DNA from: an uncultured Actinomycetes bacterium
GTDB taxonomy: Bacteria > Actinomycetota > Thermoleophilia > Gaiellales > Gaiellaceae
Length of the DNA stretch: 64,000 nucleotides
NCBI GenBank assembly: GCA_963715575.1
Contig: OY970250.1
Coordinates: 414,992 to 478,991 of the forward strand
Direction of reading: 5' to 3'
Shown here piece after piece: positions 1 to 8,632 of the stretch. A program made the position numbers and the translations under genes. The notes under the pieces were generated by a model. It searched no databases. It was not told the origin of the DNA and was given only the letters and a program-made list of their open reading frames with translations. Position 1 is the first letter of the stretch, and the number at the start of each line of letters is the position of its first letter.

Positions 1-1559
1 ACCTGCGGGTGGAGCCTGGCCACGCGGCCGAGAGCCCAGCGGTACCAGACGGTGCAGCCCCAGTCGCTCGTGTGCAGCCACTTGGTCGGGACGCAGCCGA
101 CCTTTACGAACGGCACTACCTCCCAGCCGTCACGCCGGGCCATGCGCAGGATCGTAGGCATCCACATCTGAGCGTGCGAATCGCCGATCACGACGATCGT
201 CTTGGCGGCTCCCGACGCGCCGAGATGACAGACCGTGCTCGAGGTCTGACCGCGACCGGCGGCGCATCCGGCGGGAAAGGCATAGAAGTCGTGGCGCAGG
301 TCGGTCACCGCGGGCGTCAGCGGCCACGGCAGTTCCGCGTTCCGCTTCGCCGCACTGACCGCCTGAGCGACCGCCGGCAGCGGCTGCCAGGAGCTGCGCG
401 AGACGGTCGTCTGCGCGACCAGCCCGGCGGGGCGGACGGCGGCGGCCGCGTTCGAGATCCGCGTCGCCTGCGCGTTCAGCGAGACGAGGATCGGCACCGC
501 GACCGCGAGGATCACGGCCGCCGAGGCGGGCCAGAGCAGCGCGCCGGTCTGCGGGCGCCACCTCATCTGCCTGATCGGGTTCTCGTAGAGGCCATAGCTC
601 AGTATCGACAGTCCGAAGGCCCCAGCCAACAATCCGAGTCGGACGACGGTCGACAGCTCGTGGCCCGCGTAATCCGCCGCGATCACGAGCACGGGCCAGT
701 GCCAGAGGTAGAAGGCGTAGGAGCGGTCGCCGACGTAGCGGAACGGCGCCAGGGAGAGCAGCCGCGAAGCGCTCCCGGGCGAAGCGGCGATCACGAGCGC
801 GGCGCCGACCGTCGGCAGCAGGGCTGCGTAGCCGGGGAAGGGCGTCGAGCTCGAGAACGCGACCGCGGCGGTGCCGATGCACGCCAGGCCGAGCCAGGCG
901 GCCGCCCCGCGCAGCCGCGGCGCCGCGATCGCCAGCGCCGCGCCGAGCGCGAGCTCCCAGGCGCGAGTGGCCGTCGAGAAGTACGCGTAACTCGCGTCGG
1001 TCGTCGTGCTGTGGATCGACCAGGCGAGCGAGGCGCCGGCCGCGGCGAGCACGATCCAGAGCAGCCGCCGCCGCAGGAAGGGGACCGCCAGCACGCCCGC
1101 GAGCACGACCGGCCAGACGAGGTAGAACTGCTCCTCGACCGCCAGCGTCCAGTAGTGCTGCACCGGCGAGGGCGGCTGCAGCTGCGCGAAGTAGTCGCTG
1201 CCCTCGCGCGCGAAGTGCACGTTGGCCATGAAGAACGCCGCCCAGACGCTGTCGCTGACCGCTTCACGCGCGCGCACGAGGTTGAGCAGCTGGTGCGCGG
1301 CGAGATCGGTGACCACGAGCGTCAGCACCGCCGCCGGCAGGATGCGCCGGGCGCGGCGGACGTAGAAGTCGGAGAGCCGGACGCGCCCGTCGCGCTCGGC
1401 CTGGCGGAGCAGCAGCCCGGTGATCAGGTAGCCGGAGAGGACGAAGAAGACATCGACCCCGACGTAGCCGCCCTGCAGGAATGGCAGCCCGGCGTGGTCG
1501 AGCACCACGAGCAGGACCGCGACCGCTCGCAGCCCTTGCAGTTCACGGCGATGCGGCAC
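1..1559 (-). CDS. Acyltransferase family 3 (OafA/YrhL-like) membrane O-acyltransferase with C-terminal SGNH domain; 3' end runs off the left window edge
   Basis: Absent from ORF track because the frame is open to the window edge. Hand translation of minus strand from GTG (1557-1559): MPHRRELQGLRAVAVLLVVLDHAGLPFLQGGYVGVDVFFVLSGYLITG...; near 180-230 ...KTIVVIGDSHAQMWMPTILRMA (SGNH GDSH block). High GC3 in this frame. Confidence 0.8.
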   Translation of the reverse strand, partial: MPHRRELQGLRAVAVLLVVLDHAGLPFLQGGYVGVDVFFVLSGYLITGLLLRQAERDGRVRLSDFYVRRARRILPAAVLTLVVTDLAAHQLLNLVRAREAVSDSVWAAFFMANVHFAREGSDYFAQLQPPSPVQHYWTLAVEEQFYLVWPVVLAGVLAVPFLRRRLLWIVLAAAGASLAWSIHSTTTDASYAYFSTATRAWELALGAALAIAAPRLRGAAAWLGLACIGTAAVAFSSSTPFPGYAALLPTVGAALVIAASPGSASRLLSLAPFRYVGDRSYAFYLWHWPVLVIAADYAGHELSTVVRLGLLAGAFGLSILSYGLYENPIRQMRWRPQTGALLWPASAAVILAVAVPILVSLNAQATRISNAAAAVRPAGLVAQTTVSRSSWQPLPAVAQAVSAAKRNAELPWPLTPAVTDLRHDFYAFPAGCAAGRGQTSSTVCHLGASGAAKTIVVIGDSHAQMWMPTILRMARRDGWEVVPFVKVGCVPTKWLHTSDWGCTVWYRWALGRVARLHPQ

Positions 1560-1640
1560 CCCTGCATCGTCCCACCGAACGGGGCCGCTGCCAACCCGAG
1601 GGGCCCGGGCCGGCCAGGCCCCTCGTGCGCGATGAAAGAC

Positions 1641-2818
1641 CTAGAAGCCCGTGGCGCCGTTCGGCGTGCCGAGCCCCGTCGGGCCGTCGTAGCCGGCCCC
1701 ACCGGTGCAGAGGTACGCGGGCGAGCATGTGCCGTTGCTGCCGCTCACGACGTCGAACAGGCCGGTCGTGTGCGAGTACGGATACGAGCCGTAGTGACGC
1801 TCGAGGCGTTGCCGGCGAGCGCGTAGACGCCGGCGACGATCGGCGAGGACGCGCTCGTGCCGCCGACCGTGAACCAGAGCCCGCCGTAGAGCACGGCGAC
1901 GCCGGTGTTCGGGTCGGCGACTGCCGAGACGTCGGAGACGGTGCGCCTGCTGCAGCCCGGGTCGGCCTGCCAGGCCGGCTTGGCCTCGTAGGCGCTGCAG
2001 CCGCTGCCGGCACCGCTCCAGGCGGACTCGGTCCAGCCACGGGTGCTGCCGCCACCGCGGGTCAGCGAGGTGCCGCCGACCGCGGTCACGTAGCGCGAGG
2101 CCGCGGGGTACGAGACGCCGTAGCCGTCGTCACCCGAGCTCGCCGTGATCGCGACGCCCGGATGGTTGAAGTGGGCGTCGCCGCTGGTCGTCTCGGAGCT
2201 CGACTCACCGCCGCCGTAGCTGTTGCTGATCGCGTTGGCGCCCAGGCGGGCGGCCGTGTCGACCGCGGTGTAGAGGTCGGTGTTCAGGTTCGTGTTCGCC
2301 TCGACGAGCAGGATGTGGCAGTTCGGGCAGACCGCGCTGACCATGTCGAGGTCGAGTGAGATCTCGAGTCCCCAGTCGGCGCCGGGAGGCGGCATCGGCA
2401 ACGTCCCGCCGGTCTGGTTCACCTTGCGGAAGCAGCCGTTGGCGGTCGTGCACGGCGGCAGGCCGTAGTACGACCGGTAGGTGGCGAGGTCCTGCTCGGC
2501 GGTCGGGTCGTCGAACGCGTCGACGATCGCGACCGTCTGGCCGCTGCCGGCGGTTGCCGACGGCAGCGCGTACGCCGACTGCAGGTCGGCCGGCCCGTAG
2601 CCGGTCGGCGTCTGCGCCAGCGGCGAGGCGTTGCCCTTCATCCACGAGAGGCAGCGGGAGTGGCCCAGCGAGACGGCACCGCAGGCGGGCCGGATCGCCG
2701 GCGCCGCCGCATGCGCCCGCGACGTGCCGCCGAAGACGGCCAGCAGTGCGAGCGCGATCAGAGCGAGCGCGGCGCAGCTCGGCATCCTGCGGCGGCGCTC
2801 AACATGGTTCGGGTTCAT
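1641..2818 (-). pseudogene. S53 (sedolisin) family serine peptidase, secreted; reading frame changes near 1794-1797 (frameshift or consensus error)
   Basis: ATG at 2816-2818 preceded by GAAGGGAGAG; signal-like MPSCAALALIALALLAVFGG; GQTVAIVDAFDDPTAEQDLATY, SGDDGYG, GGTSASSP blocks. Track ORF ends at 1745 with junk tail, while the neighbouring frame continues YGSYPYSHTTGLFDVVSGSNGTCSPAYLCTGGAGYDGPTGLGTPNGATGF* (stop 1641-1643). Confidence 0.75.
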
Positions 2819-2913
2819 CACTCTCCCTTCGGGTGAGTACCTCTTACAAGTGATAAGAGGCACTCGAACCCGGTGCCCTTCGGCCCCGGTGCCAAACGGG
2901 CGCGACCGGTCGC

Positions 2914-5307
2914 CTAGCGAACGACGAACTTCGAGATACCGAGCAGCCGCCCGTACGCCGCCTTCGAGCGGGCCCCGAAGCCGGGCCACACGTACCACTC
3001 GTACGCCCCTCTCTGCAGCCGGAAGCTCCGGTCGTCGTACACCCAGCGCCTCGTCATTCTCAGCCGGGCCTTCGCCGGCCAGGCACTGAGGAGCTTGTGC
3101 CCGCCTCGGTAGAGCTGGATGTTGTAGTAGGTCGCCCGCGGGACCCCCGCCCAACGGAGGAGCGGCGGTCTCCGCACGACGACGCCGTCGTGCGGAGACT
3201 GCAACAGGGCACTGGGCTGCACCAAGACCGGCACGGGGCGTGAGGCGTTGCCGGATCGGTCGTAGCTGCGGACCCTGTAGCCGTAGTACGTCCCGTTCCG
3301 GAAGCGCTTGTCCACGTACTGGCGCCCTCTGCCCTCGTACACCACCTTTTGACGCCTGCCCTTCCGGTCGCCCGACCTGAGCACCCGGATGTGGTCGAAA
3401 TCAGCATCGTTCGGAAGCGACCAACCAAGCTTCAGGCGGCCATAGCTGACCCTGCGCTTCAGGCCGCGCACGGTGCCCGGTGGCGTCGTGTCGGGAGGCA
3501 AGAGAATGCTGATGTTCCAGGAGTACGTAGGCGGCGCCGACTCGGCGTTGCCGGCCGAATCGGTCGCCAGCACGTGGAACGTGTGGGCTCCGTCTCCGAG
3601 CCCGTCGTAGGTCCGCGGAGAGACGCACGCCCCAAAGGAGCTGCCATCGAGGCTGCAGGCGAAGCTCGAGAGCGCCTCGCTGCTCGTGAACTGGAAGGTC
3701 GCCGACGTGCTGCGGCTCACTGCATCGGGCTTGCCGGTGATCGTCGTCTTGGGCGGAAGCGTGTCGACGACCCAGCTGCGGGAGGCGGCCGGCCCGGTGT
3801 TCCCGGCGGGATCGGTCGCCTGCACGGCGAAGACGTGCGCCCCGTCGGTGACCCCGGTGTAGCTCACCGGGCTGGTGCAGGCCGCGAGGCCGCCGTCGTC
3901 GAGGCGGCAGGCGAAACTGAGACCGGGCTCGCCGCCGGAAAAGGAAAAGCCGGCTGTGCGAACGTTCGTCGCAGCGCCTGGGCCGGTAGCGATTTCGGGC
4001 TGCGTGGGAGGCACGGTGTCGACCGTCCATTCCCAGACAGTCGCGAGCCCGGTATTGCCGGCTGCATCCGTGGCCTTGACGGCGAAGCTGTGCTTCCCGT
4101 CGGCGAGCCCCGAATAGCTCTGCGGGCTGGCGCACGCCGAGAAGCCGCCCCCGTCGAACTGGCAGGTGAACGTGCTTCCGGACTTGGTGGACATGAACAC
4201 GAAGCTCGCGCTCGTCTGATGAGTCGGGTCCGGCGGCTCGGTCGCGGGGTCGATCGTCACGACCGGATTCGTCACGTCGATCGTCCAGCCGTAGGACACC
4301 GCCGCGCTCTCGTTGCCGGCGGGATCGCGCGCCTTCAGCTGGAACGTGTGCGGACCGGCCGCGAGCGGGCCGGCGTATGGCTCGGGGCTCGTGCACGAGG
4401 AGAACGCCGCACCGTCGAGCCTACAGAAGAACGTCGCGGTCGCATCGCCGTCAGTGAACGAAAAGCTTGCGCTCGTCGACGCGCTGATAGTCGGGGGCTT
4501 CGAGGTGATCGTCGGCGGCGGAGGCGGCGTGAGGTCGATCGTCCAGCTGAACGGCGTCACGGGGCTTTCGTTCCCTGCGGCGTCGACCGCCTTGACCGCG
4601 AACGTGTGCAGGTCTTCGCCGAGGCCCGCGTAGGACTTCGGGCTCGTGCACGTTGAGAACGAGCCTCCGTCGAGCTGGCAGCGGAAGGTCGCGGCCACGT
4701 CGGCGTCGGCGAAGGCAAAGGACGCATTCGGGCTGTTCGACGGATTGGCCGGCATCGCGGAGACGGTGGCAGCCGGCGGCGCCGTCCCGTCGACCGTGAC
4801 TGCGGGTTGGCCGCCCTGGAGCGGGAAAGCCGTCGTGTCACGAAAGAGCGACGACGTCCACTCGTACGGACCTTCGGAGGAGGGCGCGGCCGCGCTGAAA
4901 GTGATCCCCAACGTCCCATCGGGGCAGAGCTCGCTTTCGGCGGCCGGCGGCGCTACGACGTCGATCGTCGACGTTTCAGCACTCAGTGTGACCGTCCAGG
5001 TCGCCGCCGAGCAGCTCCCCGAAGCCGACGTCCCGGCGGACAGGGTCGCGCTGTCGACGACGAACCCGCCGGGCACCCTGACGTGAGCGTTGTTGGCCGA
5101 GGTCGTCGAGCTGTGCCGGTTGGCGATCGCGATGGTGTAGACCCCGCTCGTCCCCGGCTGCACTGCGAACGGCGAGATCGTGGCCCCAAACCGATCCTCC
5201 GGCGCGGCGGACGCGGTCGCGACGAACGGAAGGGTGAGAGCCAGCCCGACCAGTACGCCGAGGACGAACCGGCTCGTAGACTCGCTGCGAGGAGGCGTGG
5301 CTCTCAC
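2914..5307 (-). CDS. Large secreted/surface protein: N-terminal domain, five tandem ~86-aa Ig-like two-cysteine repeats, FN3-like and C-terminal domain
   Basis: Track ORF 2914..5361. Likely start is GTG 5305-5307, forming a GTGA overlap with the upstream stop. Signal peptide FVLGVLVGLALTLPFVATASA. Repeats have pattern SF.F....TF.C.LDG..F..C.SP..Y.GL.DG.HTF.V.A.D.AGN......W.VD. Confidence 0.8.
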   Translation of the reverse strand: MRATPPRSESTSRFVLGVLVGLALTLPFVATASAAPEDRFGATISPFAVQPGTSGVYTIAIANRHSSTTSANNAHVRVPGGFVVDSATLSAGTSASGSCSAATWTVTLSAETSTIDVVAPPAAESELCPDGTLGITFSAAAPSSEGPYEWTSSLFRDTTAFPLQGGQPAVTVDGTAPPAATVSAMPANPSNSPNASFAFADADVAATFRCQLDGGSFSTCTSPKSYAGLGEDLHTFAVKAVDAAGNESPVTPFSWTIDLTPPPPPTITSKPPTISASTSASFSFTDGDATATFFCRLDGAAFSSCTSPEPYAGPLAAGPHTFQLKARDPAGNESAAVSYGWTIDVTNPVVTIDPATEPPDPTHQTSASFVFMSTKSGSTFTCQFDGGGFSACASPQSYSGLADGKHSFAVKATDAAGNTGLATVWEWTVDTVPPTQPEIATGPGAATNVRTAGFSFSGGEPGLSFACRLDDGGLAACTSPVSYTGVTDGAHVFAVQATDPAGNTGPAASRSWVVDTLPPKTTITGKPDAVSRSTSATFQFTSSEALSSFACSLDGSSFGACVSPRTYDGLGDGAHTFHVLATDSAGNAESAPPTYSWNISILLPPDTTPPGTVRGLKRRVSYGRLKLGWSLPNDADFDHIRVLRSGDRKGRRQKVVYEGRGRQYVDKRFRNGTYYGYRVRSYDRSGNASRPVPVLVQPSALLQSPHDGVVVRRPPLLRWAGVPRATYYNIQLYRGGHKLLSAWPAKARLRMTRRWVYDDRSFRLQRGAYEWYVWPGFGARSKAAYGRLLGISKFVVR
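3505..4785 (-). repeat. Five tandem, diverged ~258-nt coding repeats (Ig-like domains) inside the surface protein gene
   Basis: Protein-level periodicity read directly: repeats begin about aa 193, 278, 363, 449 and 534 of the 815-aa track ORF. Each has two Cys about 9-10 residues apart and a D.AGN motif. Confidence 0.75.
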
Positions 5308-5990
5308 GAGCTGAGGAGGAGCGTGACGAGGCCCACGAAGAGGCCGAGGCAGAGGACGCACAGCCCGCCGAACGCGAGGAGCTCTCGGCGTCCGTCAACG
5401 ACCTCCAGGACCGGGCCGGGCAGCGTGCGCACCGGAATGACCGCGAGGACGAACAGGACCAGCGAAAGACCGAGCGCCATTGCTAAGAGAACCTGAAGCG
5501 GCGCCGGGAACCGGACGCTTTGCTGTGCCTCGAGTGGAGCGGCAATCACGAAGCCGGGCCGAACGGCGGCCAGTTTGTCCGGACCCCGGAGGACCGCCTG
5601 GGCTCGAGAACTCCGAGGGCTTGATCGGCGCAGACGCGTTCGGTGCTTTGGTGGATGGGGTCGAGGTCGCGGGCTCTTGTGTGCGTGCGCGCGCGACGTC
5701 GGCGGCGGAGGAGGAGGCGGGGGAACGTGGGCGCGCGCCGGAGGAGGCGGCGGTGGTGGAGGTGGAGGTGGAGGCTGGGGCCTCGGGGACGGGTCCGGCT
5801 TCGGAACCGTCGTCAGGCCGGCGGTCGCAGCCTGTGAACCCGTGGTGAGCGCGAACGCCGTCGCGAATCCGCACAGCACCAGCGCGACGAGCAGCGCAAG
5901 GCGAATTTCGCATGGTGCCCGCCGCAGGCGGGTCTTCAACCGGGCACGGATCGACTTCAGGGCGGCGGCCCTCCCCTTCTTGCAGGGCAC
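5304..5990 (-). CDS. Proline-rich membrane protein (N-terminal TM, P-rich linker with P12 and P8 runs, two C-terminal TM helices)
   Basis: GTG start at 5988-5990; IRLALLVALVLCGFATAFAL, PPPPPPPPPPPP, VLLAMALGLSLVLFVLAVIPV, LLAFGGLCVLCLGLFVGLVTLLL. Stop overlaps the start of the downstream surface protein (GTGA). No family recognised. Confidence 0.55.
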   Translation of the reverse strand: MPCKKGRAAALKSIRARLKTRLRRAPCEIRLALLVALVLCGFATAFALTTGSQAATAGLTTVPKPDPSPRPQPPPPPPPPPPPPARAHVPPPPPPPPTSRAHAHKSPRPRPHPPKHRTRLRRSSPRSSRAQAVLRGPDKLAAVRPGFVIAAPLEAQQSVRFPAPLQVLLAMALGLSLVLFVLAVIPVRTLPGPVLEVVDGRRELLAFGGLCVLCLGLFVGLVTLLLSS

Positions 5991-6043
5991 GAACCTAGCA
6001 CTGGCCCGCGCATTTCTCTCCCGGCCGAATGGGGGGGTTTCAG

Positions 6044-6115
6044 TGGGCGCGGCTGGGATCGAACCAGCGACCTCCCGCGTGTGAAGCGGGCGCTCTCCCG
6101 CTGAGCTACGCGCCC
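6044..6115 (-). tRNA. tRNA-Val (anticodon CAC)
   Basis: Cloverleaf read by eye on minus strand: GGGCGCG TA GCTC AGCGGGA GAGC G CCCGC TTCACAC GCGGG AGGTC GCTGG TTCGATC CCAGC CGCGCCC A. No encoded CCA. Confidence 0.9.
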
Positions 6116-6152
6116 GGAGAGGGCCTCAGAATAGCCGTTGGGTACGCTTCGT

Positions 6153-6261
6153 CTCCTCGGGCCGGGCCCCGGGCGGTGGGAGCGTGCGAACCGCGTCAGA
6201 TCCGGAAGGAAGCAGCGCTAAGTACTGCCTCTCAGGCGCGCGGTGTGCCCGGCCTGAGGTT
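6153..6261 (+). ncRNA. ffs: Signal recognition particle RNA (small bacterial SRP / 4.5S-type)
   Basis: Contains the conserved domain IV-like motif GTCAGATCCGGAAGGAAGCAGC. 5' CCTCGGGCCGGGC (6155-6167) pairs with 3' GCCCGGCCTGAGG (6247-6259). Sits immediately upstream of dnaX, the classic ffs position. Ends approximate. Confidence 0.8.
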
Positions 6262-6276
6262 CGGTAGAGTCGTCGC

Positions 6277-7881
6277 GTGGCCGCCCTCTACCGCAAGTAC
6301 CGCCCGCAGGACTTCGACGAGGTCGTCGGCCAGGAAGCGGTCACGCGGACGCTGAAGAACGCGATCGCGCACGGGCAGATCCGGCAGGCGTACCTGTTCG
6401 CGGGCCCGCGCGGAACCGGCAAGACCTCGCTCGCGCGCATCCTCGCCAAGGCGCTCAACTGCGAGCACGGCCCGACGCCGACACCGGACAAGACCTGCCA
6501 CGCCTGCCGCGCGATCGCCGACGGCACCTCGCTCGACGTGATCGAGATGGACGCTGCTTCGCAGCGCGGCATCGACGACATCCGTGAGATCCGCGAGCGC
6601 GTCGTGCTGCAGCCGGTCGAGGGCCGCTACAAGGTCTACATCCTCGACGAGGCGCACCAGCTCACCGACGCCGCCTTCAACGCGCTGCTGAAGCTGATCG
6701 AGGAGCCGCCGCCGCACCTCGTCTTCGTCTTCTGCACGACCGACCTCGGGAAGATGCTGCCGACCGTCCGCTCGCGCTGCCAGACGTTTGTGTTCTCGCG
6801 GCCGCGGCTGCCGGAGCTCGTGCAGGTCCTGCGGCGCGTAGCCGACGGCGAAGGGATGGAAGCGCCCGACGCGGCGTTGTCGCTGATCGCTCGCTCGGCG
6901 CGCGGGGCCTACCGCGACGCGGTCTCGACGCTGGATCAGCTCGCGGCGGCGACGGAGAACGAGGTCACGGTGCAGTCGGTGCTGCAGCTGCTCGGCGCGG
7001 TCGAGGAGGAGGCGCTCTTCCGGCTCTGCGACCTGATCGTCGACCGCGACACGGCAGGCACGCTCACGTTCATCGAGGAGCTCTCCGAGCAGGGCCAGGA
7101 TCTCGGACGGCTCGTGACCGACCTGCTCGAGCACCTGCGGCACTTGCTGCTCGTCCAGCACCTGGGCGAGGTGCCGGAGTCGCTGCCGGTCACGCAGGAG
7201 ACGCGCGAGCGCCTGCGCGAGCAGGCGAACCAGGTGGGCGAGGCGACCGTGCTGCGGCTCTGCGACCTGCTCGCGGTGGCGGTCGAGGACATGCGCCAGG
7301 GCGGCGACCCGCGCCTGCCTCTGGAGCTTGCGCTGGTCAAGGTGACGCGCCCGGCGGCGGATCTCTCTCGCGAATCGACCGCGCATCGGCTCGAGCTCCT
7401 GGAGCGCGCCGCCCATTCAGGGCAACCCCCGGTGCCAGACCCAGGGACAGACACAGGGACAGAGGCAGGGACAGTCTCAGGGAAAGACCCTGGGGTTTTG
7501 GAGCCGGCGGGCTCGCTCGAGCTCGAGCAGCTCCAGGAAGCCTGGCAGCGGACGATCCTGCCGGCGGTCGAGGAGAAGTCGATCCCGACCGCGTCGGTGC
7601 TGCGCGAGGCACACCCGAAGGGCCTCGCCGACGACACGCTGACGGTCGAGTTCCCGCGTGAGGCCTCGTTCCACCGCCAGCTCGCCGAGGAGCCGAAGAA
7701 CGCGACCCTGCTCGCCGAGGCGCTCTACGAGGTCACGGGCCGCCATCTCGCGCTGGCGTTCGAGGTCGGCGAGAACGGCGGGGAGAGCGACAAGCCCACT
7801 CCCGACGAGCCCGCGAGCGAGGAGGAGATCATCGAGCTGATGAAGGGGACCTTCGACGCGCGCGAGGTGGATGACCAATGA
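6277..7881 (+). CDS. dnaX: DNA polymerase III subunit gamma/tau
   Basis: GTG start; YRPQDFDEVVGQEAVTRTLKNAI, GPRGTGKTS (Walker A), zinc module CEHGPTPTPDKTCHACRAI, ILDEAHQLT, SRCQTF. Confidence 0.95.
   Translation: MAALYRKYRPQDFDEVVGQEAVTRTLKNAIAHGQIRQAYLFAGPRGTGKTSLARILAKALNCEHGPTPTPDKTCHACRAIADGTSLDVIEMDAASQRGIDDIREIRERVVLQPVEGRYKVYILDEAHQLTDAAFNALLKLIEEPPPHLVFVFCTTDLGKMLPTVRSRCQTFVFSRPRLPELVQVLRRVADGEGMEAPDAALSLIARSARGAYRDAVSTLDQLAAATENEVTVQSVLQLLGAVEEEALFRLCDLIVDRDTAGTLTFIEELSEQGQDLGRLVTDLLEHLRHLLLVQHLGEVPESLPVTQETRERLREQANQVGEATVLRLCDLLAVAVEDMRQGGDPRLPLELALVKVTRPAADLSRESTAHRLELLERAAHSGQPPVPDPGTDTGTEAGTVSGKDPGVLEPAGSLELEQLQEAWQRTILPAVEEKSIPTASVLREAHPKGLADDTLTVEFPREASFHRQLAEEPKNATLLAEALYEVTGRHLALAFEVGENGGESDKPTPDEPASEEEIIELMKGTFDAREVDDQ
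7442..7489 (+). repeat. 4 x 12-nt imperfect in-frame tandem repeat (CAGGGACAGAnn) in the dnaX linker
   Basis: cagggacagaca cagggacagagg cagggacagtct cagggaaagacc, encoding GTDTGTEAGTVSGKD. Locally lower GC than surroundings. Confidence 0.8.
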
Positions 7882-8198
7882 GCATGGACTTCAACAAGAT
7901 GATGGAGCAGGTCCAGCAGATGCAGGCCCAGATGCAGCAGGCCCAGGAGGAGCTCAAGAACGAGACCGTCCAGGCAACCGCCGGGGGCGGGATGGTGACC
8001 GTCACGGCAACCGGTGGGGGCGAGATCAAGGAGATCAAGATCGACCCGAAGGCGATCGACCCGGACGACCCGGAGATGCTCGAAGACATGGTGCTGGCCG
8101 CCGTCAACGAAGCGCTGCGCTCATCACAGAGCCTGATGGAATCGAAGCTCGGCCCCGCCCTCGGCGGGCTGCACGGGCTCGGCCTGCCGGGGCTCTAG
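7878..8198 (+). CDS. ybaB: YbaB/EbfC family nucleoid-associated protein
   Basis: MSMDFNKMMEQVQQMQAQMQQAQEELKNETVQATAGGGMVTVTATGGGEIKEIKIDPKAIDPDDPEMLEDMVLAAVNEA. ATGA overlap with the dnaX stop. Confidence 0.95.
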   Translation: MSMDFNKMMEQVQQMQAQMQQAQEELKNETVQATAGGGMVTVTATGGGEIKEIKIDPKAIDPDDPEMLEDMVLAAVNEALRSSQSLMESKLGPALGGLHGLGLPGL

Positions 8199-8614
8199 TG
8201 GACGGCCGGATCGAAGCGCTGCGCCGCGTGCCGCTGTTCGCGGATCTCGGCGACGACGACCTGCGCTGTGTGGCGGAGGCGGTGAGCGAGGTCGAGGTGC
8301 CCGCCGGACAGCTGCTCGTCCAGCCGGGCACTGCCGGGAGCGGGATGTTCTTCATCGCCGAGGGCACGGCGATCGTCGAGACGAAGCGCGACGAGATCGA
8401 GCTCGGCCCCGGCCAGTTCTTCGGCGAGCTCGCGCTGATGAGCGAGGACGCGACCCGTACGGCGCGCGTGCAGGCGAAGACCGACCTCCGCTGCCTCGCG
8501 CTCGACCGTGCCAGCTTCCGGACGCTGGTCGCCGAGCACCCGGAGGTCGCGGCCTCGCTGCTCGAGGTCGCGCTGGGCCGCCTGGCGGAGAACGCCGGCG
8601 TTTACGACGGGTGA
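8198..8614 (+). CDS. Stand-alone cyclic nucleotide-binding domain protein (~138 aa)
   Basis: GTG at 8198-8200 shares one base with the ybaB TAG stop. RRVPLFADLGDDDL..., FFGELALM, RTARV typical of cNMP-binding (CAP-effector) domains. No output domain. Confidence 0.75.
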   Translation: MDGRIEALRRVPLFADLGDDDLRCVAEAVSEVEVPAGQLLVQPGTAGSGMFFIAEGTAIVETKRDEIELGPGQFFGELALMSEDATRTARVQAKTDLRCLALDRASFRTLVAEHPEVAASLLEVALGRLAENAGVYDG

Positions 8615-8632
8615 CATAGGCACAATGGCCCG

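Noticed and set aside
9-1826. 605-aa plus-strand ORF and other very long Arg/Gly/Ala/Pro-rich ORFs in the track (e.g. 12941..14728, 16321..18141, 28266..29243, 35916..37901, 43894..44868, 49922..51037, 60009..61772 upstream part)
   Set aside because: These are shadow frames of real genes on the opposite strand or in another frame. Their composition is dominated by R/G/A/P with no motifs. The overlapping frame has clear family signatures and high GC3. Very GC-rich DNA lacks stop codons in wrong frames.
5575-6084. Poly-glycine ORF (GGGGGGGGGGGG) on the plus strand
   Set aside because: It is the mirror image of the poly-proline tract of the minus-strand membrane protein (5304-5990), and it overlaps the tRNA-Val gene.
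6277-7881. Programmed frameshift or transcriptional slippage site in dnaX (gamma/tau)
   Set aside because: No A-rich slippery run was seen. The longest A run in the gene is 3 nt, and there is no obvious downstream hairpin.
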